Assembly: GCA_977018835.1 (NCBI GenBank)
Contig: OZ361256.1
Coordinates: 4,526,001-4,590,000 of the forward strand
From: Minutocellus sp. GHC0000111
Lineage: Eukaryota
Length of the DNA: 64,000 nucleotides
Direction of reading: 5' to 3'
Every line of letters begins with the position of its first letter. Position 1 is the stretch's first letter. This document shows, one piece after another, positions 22,210 to 33,089 of the stretch. A program made the position numbers and the translations under genes. The notes below the pieces were generated by a model, which saw only the letters and a list, made by a program, of their open reading frames with translations, was not told the DNA's origin and searched no databases.

Positions 22210-24741
22210 ATGCGAGGCTCATCGTCGTCGCTGCACCTCTCGCGGTCGGCGGCATCCCTCGCCGTCCTCCTCCTTGTCAGCAGCATTGGCAGCTCTCTGG
22301 TCGAGGTCGAATCGGCCATCATCATCAGCGAGGTGGCCGACAAGGGCAGCCGATACGCCTGCGACGGCAACGACTGGATCGAACTGCACAACTCCGGCGC
22401 CGACGTCGTCAGCCTCGACGGATACACTTTGCACGACGACCGTGGTCCGTCGGGGATCGAGTCCTTTTTCTTTGGTGGAAACGGAGGTGCCGAAACAATC
22501 TCCCCAGGAGACTACCTCCTGCTTTGCAACCTGCCGTTTGGAATCGGCGGGAGGGATCAGGTGACCCTGCGCGACCCGGAGGGCATCGTCGAATCGTCGA
22601 CCGGCGGCAGCCTCACCGACGGCGGGGCCAGCGGCATCACCCTGGCGTGGGAGGAATCCACCGGATCGTACCTCTACACCCGTACGCCCACCCCAGGAGA
22701 AGCCAACGTCGTCACTGCACCGCTGACGCCAGAGGAGGTCCAAAGCCAGCTCGTGGCGCAGAACGAGGTCGGGACGCAATTCTTCAACATGGATCTGTAC
22801 GGTATGCCCGTGGACGGCGGCATGCCCGACGTGCTGGACCTGCACGTGACCGTCGACGACGTGAGCTTGGCCAAGCTGACCGGACCGGAACGTGCCTACG
22901 AGACCTACTCCCCGTTCGAGGGTGCCGTCCTCACGGCCATGGACGACAAGTCGAACGTGTTGGCCAACATGACCAGTTCCGGCAGGATCAGGCCCAAGGG
23001 ACAGAGCACCATGTACCTCGGCGTTTGCATGAATCGCACCACCCCGTACCAGCTCGATTGGGACTACACCGACCCGAACCAGCGATTCTTTGGGATGGAA
23101 AAGACCTACCTGCGCACGGCCTACAGCGATCCCAGTTTCAATCGGGAGTGGGCCAGCCATCGGATGCTGGCGCGCTTCGGTCTGCCCCACCTGAGGACGC
23201 GTAAGGTTCGGTTCTTTTTGAATGATCAGTACATGGGCCTGTACAATCTCATGGAGGCGGTGGATCAGGAATATGTCTTCAAACGAAGCTTTCCCGACTA
23301 CGATCCTGAGAATTATGGCATCTACAAGGTCAAGACCCAGTCCATCGATTGTGGACGGTACGGTGAAGAATCTCTCGCCAAGGCTCGAGCGAGGGTAAAC
23401 GAAACTGACGGTCCGTACGTATTCGAGCGTGGGGAGCACCGTCCCCTCATCCCCCCTCTCAACGATGAGCTGCAGTGCTTCGGGCCCTTCATCAACAACA
23501 TCGCGGTTTTGGAACAGCAAGACATTCACCTTGCGTATGTGCGATCCGGCGAGGGCGATTGTGGTGAATTCCTCGTCGACATGGGTCTTGTCGACCGTGA
23601 TCTGGGACCCAAGGAACTCGACGAGAAAGCCGCCGCCTTCATCGATGCTCACCTTGCCGCCAACTCGTGCGACGATGCCCAATGCTCCAACTCCGTCCTA
23701 CCCGACTTTGTTGACGTGACGCAAATATTGCGAAACTTGGCCACTCAAGCCGTCATCCTGCACGGCGACTCGCCGCTCGGAAACGGCAACAACTACTACA
23801 TGGCCTATTCCGGCAGCGGTAGGTGGAGCATGGCGCAGTACGATCACAACAACGTCATGTCTCAGACCTCGGCCGTTCTTTGCGACGGGGCTTGCATGCT
23901 CAGCATGATCAACTGGTCGATACTGAGACCGACCTGCCGAAGCATCGAGGACAATCAGTGGGCAGGGCCGATGCTATCGAACGATGCCCGCCGCGCGGAA
24001 TATGTGGAGCACGTCCGTGATTTCGTTGACAATGTCCTTACAGATGACTTCATTGAGGTTATCGAGAATCACATGGAGGCCATCAAAGATCTTGTTCCCG
24101 TGGATCCCTGGAGCGACTACGCCCCACTATACGACGGCTATGAATTGGCCGATGGAGAAGAGTGGTTCCAAATGATTGATGGTGGGCCGTTTGGCGAGTT
24201 GCCTTATGTGCCATTCCTTTCTGCACTTCGGGCTCGAATCACCTCTGTGAAGGAGCAGCTGAAAGCCATCGATGAGGATGCTTTTCCTCGAAGCATTGGC
24301 GAGTACAACCCAGGAGAGGCCTGTGTTGACTGGACGACTGAGAGTCCACCTGACTTCCCATGTCCAAACAATTGCTTCTATGATGGCTGCGGGAGAGAGA
24401 ATTTCCTTGCCCGACCATTTTGCGACCCCGAAAGCCAGATGTGCTTTGTCGGGCAGCTAGCATTCGAGTGCTTTGGCATTCCAAGTGGGGATCCGTATCC
24501 CGGAGACGAATCTGGCACATCCTTCTGCGTTACTGCGGACGGATTCCCTGCCAAGGCAAGTCTATGTCCTCTGTATGAGGGCGGGGCTGAGGATACAGAT
24601 GCTTCTGACAATGGCAGCGCCGGCATAATGGGAGATGGTGCCGACACCACCAGTGCAGCGGGAAATACGTACCAGCTGGCCTCGATTTTCTCGGCCATGG
24701 CTGCTTCAATTGGAGTGTTGTTGGCGAGTCATGAAATATAG
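22210..24741 (+). CDS. Secreted or GPI-anchor-like CotH family kinase with N-terminal lamin-tail domain
   Basis: Signal peptide; LTD motifs IISEV, DWIELHN and PTPGEAN; CotH motifs RPKGQST, DPSFNRE, GLYNLMEAVD, DSPLGNGNNYY and YDHN; hydrophobic C-terminus. Confidence 0.88.
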   Translation: MRGSSSSLHLSRSAASLAVLLLVSSIGSSLVEVESAIIISEVADKGSRYACDGNDWIELHNSGADVVSLDGYTLHDDRGPSGIESFFFGGNGGAETISPGDYLLLCNLPFGIGGRDQVTLRDPEGIVESSTGGSLTDGGASGITLAWEESTGSYLYTRTPTPGEANVVTAPLTPEEVQSQLVAQNEVGTQFFNMDLYGMPVDGGMPDVLDLHVTVDDVSLAKLTGPERAYETYSPFEGAVLTAMDDKSNVLANMTSSGRIRPKGQSTMYLGVCMNRTTPYQLDWDYTDPNQRFFGMEKTYLRTAYSDPSFNREWASHRMLARFGLPHLRTRKVRFFLNDQYMGLYNLMEAVDQEYVFKRSFPDYDPENYGIYKVKTQSIDCGRYGEESLAKARARVNETDGPYVFERGEHRPLIPPLNDELQCFGPFINNIAVLEQQDIHLAYVRSGEGDCGEFLVDMGLVDRDLGPKELDEKAAAFIDAHLAANSCDDAQCSNSVLPDFVDVTQILRNLATQAVILHGDSPLGNGNNYYMAYSGSGRWSMAQYDHNNVMSQTSAVLCDGACMLSMINWSILRPTCRSIEDNQWAGPMLSNDARRAEYVEHVRDFVDNVLTDDFIEVIENHMEAIKDLVPVDPWSDYAPLYDGYELADGEEWFQMIDGGPFGELPYVPFLSALRARITSVKEQLKAIDEDAFPRSIGEYNPGEACVDWTTESPPDFPCPNNCFYDGCGRENFLARPFCDPESQMCFVGQLAFECFGIPSGDPYPGDESGTSFCVTADGFPAKASLCPLYEGGAEDTDASDNGSAGIMGDGADTTSAAGNTYQLASIFSAMAASIGVLLASHEI

Positions 24742-25088
24742 ATCTTAGATAGAGCTGTAATTGTTGTTTTAGAGCTAATTAATTTATATCTTTGAAGAGA
24801 TAGCCTTGCCGGCCTCACCCTCCCGTCAACGTCGCCGAACTTCGCCGAATCAGGAATCCGGTCTCTCAATTTCGGTGTACATGTAAGGATCCGGTCTCTT
24901 AATTTCGTACCATCTCTGGCCCTTGCCTCTACTTGCATGAGTTATCGCGTAGGTGAGGGCAATGGTGTGAATTTGCGAATTGTTGGCGGATGTATGAATT
25001 ACGTTTCTTTTTTAAATTGGCAGGTTCTTCTGTGGCGGATTTATGATTTGTAATTCACATATTGGCGAGTTTTGCGGCGGATTGAATA

Positions 25089-25529
25089 GTTGCATCTCTT
25101 GGTTTGGTGCAGATTTAAGAGTTACATCTCTTGGTTTGGTGCAGATTTAAGAGTTACATCTCTTAAATTGGTGCAGATTTAAGAGTTACATCTCTTAGTT
25201 TGGTGCAGATTTAAGAGTTACATCTCTTAATTGGCGGATTTAAGAGTTACATCTCTTAGTTTGGTGCAGATTTAAGAGTTACATCTCTTAATTTGGCGGA
25301 TTTAAGAGTTACATCTCTTAAATTGGTGCAGATTTAAGAGTTACTTATAATAACGACCCTGATGTATTTAATATTTTTCGCTCGGAAGAGCTCGCAAAAA
25401 TATTACGAAGGGCGTTATTAATGTAACCGAGGTCCCGAGGGTGCAAATTACTAAGTAATTTGCCCGAGGGCGGTTACATCTCTTAATTTGGCGGATTTAA
25501 GAGTTACATCTCTTAGTTTGGTGCGGATC
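25089..25529. repeat. Tandem array of 29-32-bp palindromic units (GTTACATCTCTTAGTTTGGTGCAGATTTAAGA): 8 units, a 128-bp insert, then about 2 more units
   Basis: Units start at 25089, 25121, 25153, 25185, 25217, 25246, 25278, 25308, then 25473 and 25503. Degenerate copies lie upstream (24983-25088). Confidence 0.95.
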
Positions 25530-25705
25530 AAAGAATTATTGCGCGGATTTAAGAACCTCCCCTTCTTTCCCTCTCTTATTTTTAGCAGCAGCAAGAGTTT
25601 TGCACACATATTTGTACTGGCATACCACTAACAAACAAGGCACTCGATTTCTTTCATTTGTTGAGATCGATCAACTACAATACATGTAGCCAGCAATCTT
25701 CAATC

Positions 25706-26314
25706 ATGAAGAGAACTGGAAATGATGATTTTGATTTTGCAGCTAAAAGGTTTGAGGCCATGAAATCAAGGTATTCTTCTCATCAAGTAGAAATGCCGAT
25801 CGAAACAGGAGCCTACCAAAAAGGAAAGAATGGAGAGAATCCGAGAACGAGAAAAGATGAATTTGCTCGCCTTATGAAAAGTAGCAGACGTAAATTTCGA
25901 AGCCCGCCAGCCGAAGGAGTGGCATTGCCACAACCGAACGACATTGCTGTTGGAATATCTAGTGTCGATGCGCAAACACACGTATTCGGTGAGCCAGAAG
26001 GCGATGGCAGCGCGTTTCGTACCATGGCTAATTACCAACAAGCTCTCGTCAAAGTCAAGGTTGAAAACGCAAATCAGGCTGCCGAAATATCCAAGCTCCA
26101 ATGCGAGATCGAGAAAGAGAAGAAGTCAGCTGCCGCTCATCTACTGAGCCTGGAGAGGATGAAGGAGTGCGTGATCTGCCAAGCTGCCGACAAATGCGTG
26201 GCTTTATTTCCTTGTTCTCATCTTGCCCTGTGTCACGAGTGCCAGCATCTTGTCGACGAGTGCCCTATGTGTCGCAACAAGGTCGAAGAGAGAAGGATGG
26301 TGAAGCTAGTGTAA
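25706..26314 (+). CDS. RING-HC (C3HC4, IAP/MDM2-like) zinc-finger protein
   Basis: ECVICQAADKCVALFPCSHLALCHECQHLVDECPMCR preceded by a coiled coil. Confidence 0.85.
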   Translation: MKRTGNDDFDFAAKRFEAMKSRYSSHQVEMPIETGAYQKGKNGENPRTRKDEFARLMKSSRRKFRSPPAEGVALPQPNDIAVGISSVDAQTHVFGEPEGDGSAFRTMANYQQALVKVKVENANQAAEISKLQCEIEKEKKSAAAHLLSLERMKECVICQAADKCVALFPCSHLALCHECQHLVDECPMCRNKVEERRMVKLV

Positions 26315-26338
26315 TCGCCGAATCATGCAATACTCCTA

Positions 26339-27772
26339 TCACTCCGCCCATGGCTGCACCAGCTGTACAACGGCCTCGCCCAACGCCCCATCTTGCCAGA
26401 CATATCCACCTTCTAATCCAATAGCCACCCTGTTTCCAAAATTATCATGCAATATACGCCCAATTTCTCGAAAGTCCTCCTTCTGGAGCTTCAAACCACT
26501 CGTAGCGTCGACCTCCAATGCATCAAATCCCGCTGCTAAAATAAGGACCTGGGGCATATCCTTTCCGTCACTTGTGAGGAATGGTAATACTCGTTCTATC
26601 AGTGCCTCTTTGTATCCACTTTCGCCCTCCCAGATGGTTCCCTTGGCCAGCGGTATATTGAGAATACTCCCCAGTGGTCCTTTGTCATCAGCAAAGGGAC
26701 TTCTCGGGTCGACACTCTTTTCCTTCTTCTCCACGTCCTTTTCACTCTTGAACCAATTCTTCTCGATGACTTCTTCATGAATCGAACAATATCGTATCCG
26801 TGCTTCGTTTTGTACGCAATTGGCAATTCCATTGCCATGATGGGCATCAATATCGAGTATCGCTACACTATTTGCTCCCAATTCTAGCGCTCGGAAAGCC
26901 GCAATTGCCGGGCCATTCAGCAGGCACCCACCCATACCCCGAGATGCACACGCATGATGAGATGGCGGCCGAGTCAGAGCGAATGAAACTTCATTGGCAT
27001 TCCTTTCGGGCTTCATGACAGAATCGACCGAATCAATCCAATCAGCAACACCGGCAACTGCTGCATCGTAGGAATGCTCGTCAATCAATGTGCGCATCAC
27101 CACTGGATGAAGACGCCTGATCCGAGCAGTCTGCCTAGCATCTTTCACGGCTTCTTTGACTTCTCTGATGTATTCCTCGCCGTGAACCTGATTGATGAGC
27201 CGCAAGGCATCGCTCAAATCTCGTCCCTCTTCGTTGGACACGACGAGATTGTATCCGTCTTCTTTTTGTATTCGCCCAACAATATCCCTTATCCTTCCTG
27301 GCTTGTCGACCACAAATTTGGCATCATATCCCCCATCTTTCGGCAAGTTGGCTGCCCGTGCTTCGTCTCCACCAAGCAATTTATATCCTGCAATGGCCGA
27401 GGCTGCAGCAGATAATAAGGTGATGCCATCGGCATATTCCGACGAGATGGAGGCTGTGGGGATGATGACCAGTTGACAAATGACAATGGTCAGTGCCATG
27501 GCGCCCAGAGCACCGATTGTTGCCATAGAGCTGGTACTATTGTCCTCTGCAATTTCGTGTTGGGCTGTGGAATCATCCATCGCGGGCGTTTGGGGTCTCT
27601 CGTCATCCAACAGCGCCAGATGGTCCAAGGCAGATGGAGAGTAGCGAAAGGATACGGCCCTCAAGGCTGACGCTGATCTTATTGGCGATCGAGAAATGGG
27701 AAATGATTGCACGCGGCAAAGGCATGCAGATGCAAATATGCATGCGATTGAGCGTAAAGGAGGCATACCCAT
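26339..27772 (-). CDS. Zn-dependent HDAC-family deacetylase, probably plastid-targeted
   Basis: RPPSHHA, DIDAHHGNG, LNIPL, AAGFDA and LEGGY; signal peptide followed by VQS-FP. Confidence 0.88.
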   Translation of the reverse strand: MGMPPLRSIACIFASACLCRVQSFPISRSPIRSASALRAVSFRYSPSALDHLALLDDERPQTPAMDDSTAQHEIAEDNSTSSMATIGALGAMALTIVICQLVIIPTASISSEYADGITLLSAAASAIAGYKLLGGDEARAANLPKDGGYDAKFVVDKPGRIRDIVGRIQKEDGYNLVVSNEEGRDLSDALRLINQVHGEEYIREVKEAVKDARQTARIRRLHPVVMRTLIDEHSYDAAVAGVADWIDSVDSVMKPERNANEVSFALTRPPSHHACASRGMGGCLLNGPAIAAFRALELGANSVAILDIDAHHGNGIANCVQNEARIRYCSIHEEVIEKNWFKSEKDVEKKEKSVDPRSPFADDKGPLGSILNIPLAKGTIWEGESGYKEALIERVLPFLTSDGKDMPQVLILAAGFDALEVDATSGLKLQKEDFREIGRILHDNFGNRVAIGLEGGYVWQDGALGEAVVQLVQPWAE

Positions 27773-28123
27773 TCTTCTTGTTCAAGTTGAAGAGAAGATT
27801 TGGGTGGATCTTTTTTTCGTGTCTGAAAGTAGAGGCAAGATATGTCGGATTCAGTCAAATGAAGAATGTGCCTTCGGCGAGGCAAAAATGTGCAGCTATC
27901 CAAGTGGCAATAGACAAGGCCGCTACGGAGCAAGTCTGCTTGGTCCTGGAAGCAACTCCTCTGCTTCTATTCTGGTGCCACCTCTGGGTTGTGACGCTCG
28001 AAGGTTTGACTGGTGTGGTCTGCGAATAAGGAAATATTTGAATTCATCCAATAAGACAAAGAATTGGAGAATTCATATTCCTTCGGCCAACCAACCCATT
28101 GTTATTCAAAGAGCGCCGCAACC

Positions 28124-28384
28124 ATGGCCGCCGCTGATGATGACGAAGACATGACCCCGCCTGAAAGCCCACCATCTGCGGCGAAGAAATCTACGAAAGT
28201 CAGCACTGATGCCGTACCCAAGGCTGCTGGCAGCACATCTCGAAAGAGATCGCGGAGGGATGACGACGAAGACAAGCAGGAAGCCCAAAGTGATGGGAGT
28301 GGAGGCAACAAGTTCCCCGAAAGCGACGGAAGGAAGCGCAAGGTGCGGCGTCAATTCTGGGAATTATATGTTTCGTGTAATTAA
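28124..28384 (+). other. Possible truncated 5' end of a gene (86 aa, low complexity, NLS-like)
   Basis: Strong gcaaccATGg context and coding-like composition that switches abruptly to AT-rich sequence at about 28352. Confidence 0.35.
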
Positions 28385-28445
28385 AAGGTAAAACCTACAT
28401 ACATGTGCGACCGTGGTGTTGTTTACGCATCTAATTTATTTTAGC

Positions 28446-29924
28446 TCAGAGCGATGTGTTTTCGCCCGATCCATCCTGCTCATCCGGCTCGGCATTCGGA
28501 TCAAATGCAGGGAGGTCGAAACCTTCCTCCTCGGGGACGAAGTCAATGTAGAAATTACCCTCCACAAAAACCGGGACGCGATTGACATCCTCCGCATAAA
28601 AGAAGGGAGTGTCAAACTGTCCGCCAAAGATCTGGTTCAAGAATTCCACGTCAGACAGAGCCTCGCTGTCGGCACCGAGTTCATCTTCCGGAATGTCCTC
28701 AAGACCAAGGGCATCGGCAACAAACTGAGCATCGGTTTGTTCCTCGGCATCGCCGAGAATGTCCTCCTTGGTTTCGGTGGTGTCCACATCACCGTTTTCA
28801 TCGGAAGCCTCGAGGATGCGTTGAGCAGCCTTCCTAACTGTGGAGTCGGTGTGAGTAAGTGCCTGGAACATATTCTGCACATGTCTTGACCGAGCCAGAT
28901 GACGGCGGCTACTGCGGTTCTGTCGCAGTCCTCTCCTGGTCGGCACAACCGAGTCATCGGCACATCGATCATCATCCAACGCCACGGTCAGACCTGGAAT
29001 GTTACCCCTAGAGTTGGGAAAGAAGACAACGTCGGCACCGGATTGTCCAACCCGTCCATACGTCTCGGCAACATTCTGCATCTCCCCGGCCTCGACGTCG
29101 GCATTTTCATTGTGAATGCGCACTGATGCCGTCGACCCCTCGGCGATGCTGTTGTACATGCCCGCTACAGTTTGAAGATCGACGCAGGCGTAGGTGGGGA
29201 GCTTGTTGGTCGGCATTATTCCGGTGTCGTCATAACCATGACTTTCGGTGTATTCGACCTCCATATTGACGGTAGTGCCTGAAACGGTACGAGTGCCGAC
29301 AATGTTGCCGTCCTCCTTGAAGATCATGACATCCTGAGGGACATATTCCTCAGCTACTGCTGCATCGTTGGCCGCACCACCAAGCCGACGCTGCTGATTG
29401 CTCGTAGTAGAGGCCGAAACCTCGGGAGGGCCACTGAGGGAAGTGTCCTGCGCCAACCGAGCGGCGGCAAAGGCGGTGCCCATGTTGGCCAGGGCCAGTA
29501 CCACGGCGAACACCGACAGACAAATAATGAGCTTGCGCTGCGTGACGTTCTGATGCTGCAACGCGAGCTGTTTCTGCATGAGGGCGTAGACCTTTTCGTT
29601 GCTGAGCTTGCCGGAATTTTCCGTGTCCATGTTGCGGCTGCGAAGATAAGAAAGTGAGGAACAAAGGAGCAGAGCATGAGAAGGATGATGAAGCGAAATA
29701 AATAAGGAAAGAAGACGATGCATCAATTTATGCGGGACAATATGCATGCATCAATTGAAGCACCTCTGGGTGTGTCGTGAAAGTGCAATTCAAAAGAACA
29801 AAACTTACAGCGCCTGCTCGGCCTCGTCGAGCTTGCCGTCGCCGTCGAAATCGTACTGCTTCGACACGGCCGAGAGGGTCCTCTGGGTCATCTTGGGAGA
29901 GTCTTTGCGATCGGGACCAGCCAT
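28446..29924 (-). CDS. EF-hand-like single-pass membrane protein of a diatom-type family; intron 29808-29638
   Basis: YDFDGDGKLDEAEQALRNMD formed across a gtaagt..cag intron; TM segment LIICLSVFAVVLALANMGTAFAAA; acidic tail. Confidence 0.8.
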
Positions 29925-29969
29925 GGTGGTGAGCACTTTTGGGTGCTTGACGCCGGTGCAAATAACAAT

Positions 29970-30716
29970 ATTTCTGGCGGGACTGGACTCTTTGTCTCGG
30001 GTACAAACCCTTGCAAGTCGAACATTTACCGATGGGGTGGAGTGGAATGACACAAGACGGAGGCATCTGTTCTACGCATCATTTCTCAAGCCTTTGTGTG
30101 AGCTCTGCGACGATTCGCTTTTGAATGGTACGAGTAAACGTGATAGGAAGCAAACTGCCTTCCATCGACTTTTGGCAGAGGGGCTGAGACTTTCAAAGTC
30201 AGATGCAAAGTCAATGGAAGCCTTTCTGCGAAGTTTGACTGATCTGCGAGATCTTGTTGGGGACTTAGATGTCATGAACAGCAACTTATCAAACCAAGAG
30301 AAGTCTGATCTTCGGTGGCGCTTTTGGAAAGCACTTAGACCTCTTGGTAGATTGCGGAAAGAATCGATCGTGTTCTCCCCCTCACTTCATTGCCAATGCC
30401 GTTGTCATCAGTTGCAGTCGAGAAACATTTTCGTTTGATTCACATCATCGAAATTGAACTGTGGGCCTGGATTCCAATGTGCTTGAAGGTCAGTACAAGA
30501 TACAGCCCATCGTGAGCGGAGCTCAGATTCAAAAACATGTGCTGCCTGGAATGCAAGGGAAGGCGTTTCAAGAAGTGCTTTCGGCACAAGAAGAGTGGCA
30601 AACAAATGCGACGACACTGTCATCATCATCTTCCTAATGATGACGTTGTTGAATTCGATGTTGAAAACCAACTCATCGACCATCTACAAACAAAGTTTCC
30701 TCAGTATAAGGAATAA
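29970..30716 (+). pseudogene. Multiply frameshifted 3' fragment resembling the C-terminus of a CCA-adding tRNA nucleotidyltransferase
   Basis: Pieces RRHLFYASFLKP, LLAEGLRLSKSDA, IQPIVSGAQIQKHVLPGMQGKAFQEVLSAQEEWQ and LIDHLQTKFPQYKE* lie in shifting frames. No catalytic head domain. Left boundary approximate. Confidence 0.5.
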
Positions 30717-30973
30717 ATTAGCACTTAGGTTTGTAAAAGGATCACTTAAAGATGTTAATTGACCATGTGATCTCCATTCTCCGCAACAATTCAGTCGCCC
30801 AAGCATGTGGTTGGGGGGTCGCTTAGGACAACTCGGGGTTAAGGTTTCCATGCACGAATCCGCGGAAGAAAGATGCGTGGGGATTGAGGCTCATAATCAC
30901 TGAACGTGGAGGTCGCCCAGTGCAATAGATCGAATGTATGCTTCCAGACTGAGTACTTGCAAAGGTTCGGCAA

Positions 30974-31465
30974 ATGAGCGCCTCCGCTGAAATGCGCTCG
31001 CCTTACTTTTGGCTTACGACAAACTCTTTCTGCCTCATCTTTTCCCTCCTCGACATCGTGCTAATCGCTCTCGGTCCTGACCGACCGGGCGATCATTTTG
31101 CGCGCCAGTTTTATCTGATGTACAACTTCCTCACTTCGGCGATATGGTGTCTTGATATTGGATGCGGTGTATTCGGCAATGTCCGCGAAGATTTGAACAG
31201 GGACAACGAATCAAGTACAAAGGAATCGAAGAAAAGAAGGATCATGGCATACGGCGAACTTTTTGTTGCGGTGTACGTCCTCCTCGATTCGCTTGTTGTG
31301 GTCATCAAGTGGAAGATGCCAAAGCATCATCATACGGGTGGTATGCTGGTAGATTGTATCATCAATGCTTTCGCGTATACATTCGCTACATATACCTTGG
31401 CTTCAACAATAATAAGAGATCGAAAACAATCAGAGGATAGATATGTTCCGATTATCGATGAATAA
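30974..31465 (+). CDS. Small hypothetical membrane protein with about 4 TM segments
   Basis: 163-aa ORF with four hydrophobic segments. Confidence 0.7.
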   Translation: MSASAEMRSPYFWLTTNSFCLIFSLLDIVLIALGPDRPGDHFARQFYLMYNFLTSAIWCLDIGCGVFGNVREDLNRDNESSTKESKKRRIMAYGELFVAVYVLLDSLVVVIKWKMPKHHHTGGMLVDCIINAFAYTFATYTLASTIIRDRKQSEDRYVPIIDE

Positions 31466-31700
31466 GTTAATCACAAACATGTACTTTATTCTGTACATTA
31501 TTACATTACAAACGCCAATATGGGCGATCATAAGCGTGAGGAGTGGTCGAGCATAATAATATAATCTTAAAATTTCATTGAAAGGCGGCTAGTTTGGAAA
31601 GATCATCTGGCTGAATGGAAATTTGTTTGCTTCTGGAATAATCAAGCCAAGCTTTTCTTTACTAAGTTTGCCCATTCTTCTCTAGAAATCTTTCATCATC

Positions 31701-32470
31701 CTACGGCCTCAATTTACTATTTGTTCGAAGGTCACTGGTATCATCTTCGTCATCATACAACATATCAACGGGACATTCCGCGTCCTCATCTTCAGCCAAG
31801 ACACAATCGTTGCAGAACTCCATCACCTGCGAGGGAGTCATGTGGAAAATATCCTCATAAACCTCACAGTTTCCGGTGGCGACACATCGATCGGCGCAGT
31901 ACTGCTGCGGATTCTTCTCCGCCATCTTCTTGTCGCGACGGAGCTGCATGGGGTTGATGGCATCGGAGCCAGATGACGATCCGTTGCTTCCACCGCCCAG
32001 CTCGTTGGACAGGAGAGATTCGGCTGCCTCGGGATTGGAGAGTGGTTCGAGATATTGCTTGTTCTTGGCTGGTGGTGGGAGAATTTGCGGCGTTGGCATA
32101 AGTGAGTATGAAATGTTGTTGTTGGGAAAACAACTCGAGCAACCGTCCAACAATGCATGAGATGTGATACTTTTGTGTGTCCAGTCGTATCAATCACACC
32201 ATACCACTCACCTGTAAACTCCGCCTCCCACTCCTTCAACTTGCCCACGCGAACCAGCTGTCTATCGATTAAATCGGCAATGTGATCTTCCAGATAGAGA
32301 GTTGTCGACGATGGCTTGTCGATGGCGTTGGACGTGGAAGTCGAAGTTCCGGTTCTGGTTCGAATTCGGTTGATCTTGTTGGCTGACGATGGGCTGAAAG
32401 CCGAGACCATGGAGGAGCTATCGGGAGACGAACCGAGGAGGAGGATTGCGAGGACGGAAAGAGACTGCAT
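31701..32470 (-). CDS. Plastid-targeted hypothetical protein with a Cys-rich C-terminus; intron 32211-32069
   Basis: Signal peptide + VSA-FSP motif; the splice gives EAEFTAKNKQ; YCADRCVATGNCEVYED..EFCNDCV. Confidence 0.82.
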
Positions 32471-33089
32471 GTTTGTCAAAATGGAGCGAGATCAGTCAAG
32501 CATGCGGTGGCAAAAGAAAGTTTACGAGATAATACGAATGCGCAATGCCATCAACTTGGCTTTGCGTTCTGCATGATCTTCACAGAAAATCTTTCTTGGC
32601 CGTCTGGCTTTCCGACAGCTGACACCACCATCGTCATTCCGAAAACTCTGTCGCTTTTCAGCTTTTCAGCAGTCGAGCTATCCAGTTCGAGTTCCGAAGT
32701 GCCGTTTGGTCGGTGTCTGTCCATCAGCGGAATGAAGGGAACATAAAAAGGGGGATATGAAAATAATTTACATGGTCAAAGTTAGACTTGTGTAACCGGA
32801 ATAGTGATTCTTGCCCCCCTAATCTTGGATGGTCGGAATGCCGAAGTTATTGCCGTAGAAATCCACGAAGGAACTGGTACATAGCAACGCAGAGTCGGAG
32901 TGGTGCTACCCCAAAATCATCCTGCGAACTTTTGGCGTCGCTCCCGAACCCGGGCGGCGGCGCGCTCTCGAGCCATCAGTTTCTGCTTGCTTGCTTGGCG
33001 TCGTCCTCCGGTTTGTGCCTTGGGAATCTCCAACGAATCAAACTCCGGAATAGAGTTGCATACCCAACCGCCACAACGCTATCACCACC

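Noticed and set aside
22219..23682. 487-aa minus-strand ORF and similar overlapping ORFs in the MATE and Ser-rich genes
   Set aside because: Antisense or alternative-frame shadows of GC-rich genes with no motifs of their own.
25356..25412. Hammerhead ribozyme (CTGATG...stem...CGAA)
   Set aside because: The core reads CUGAUGU and CGAAG rather than CUGANGA and GAAA, and there is no third helix.
25089..25529. CRISPR array (~32-bp palindromic repeats)
   Set aside because: Units are head-to-tail with no unique spacers, there are no cas genes, and the context is eukaryotic.
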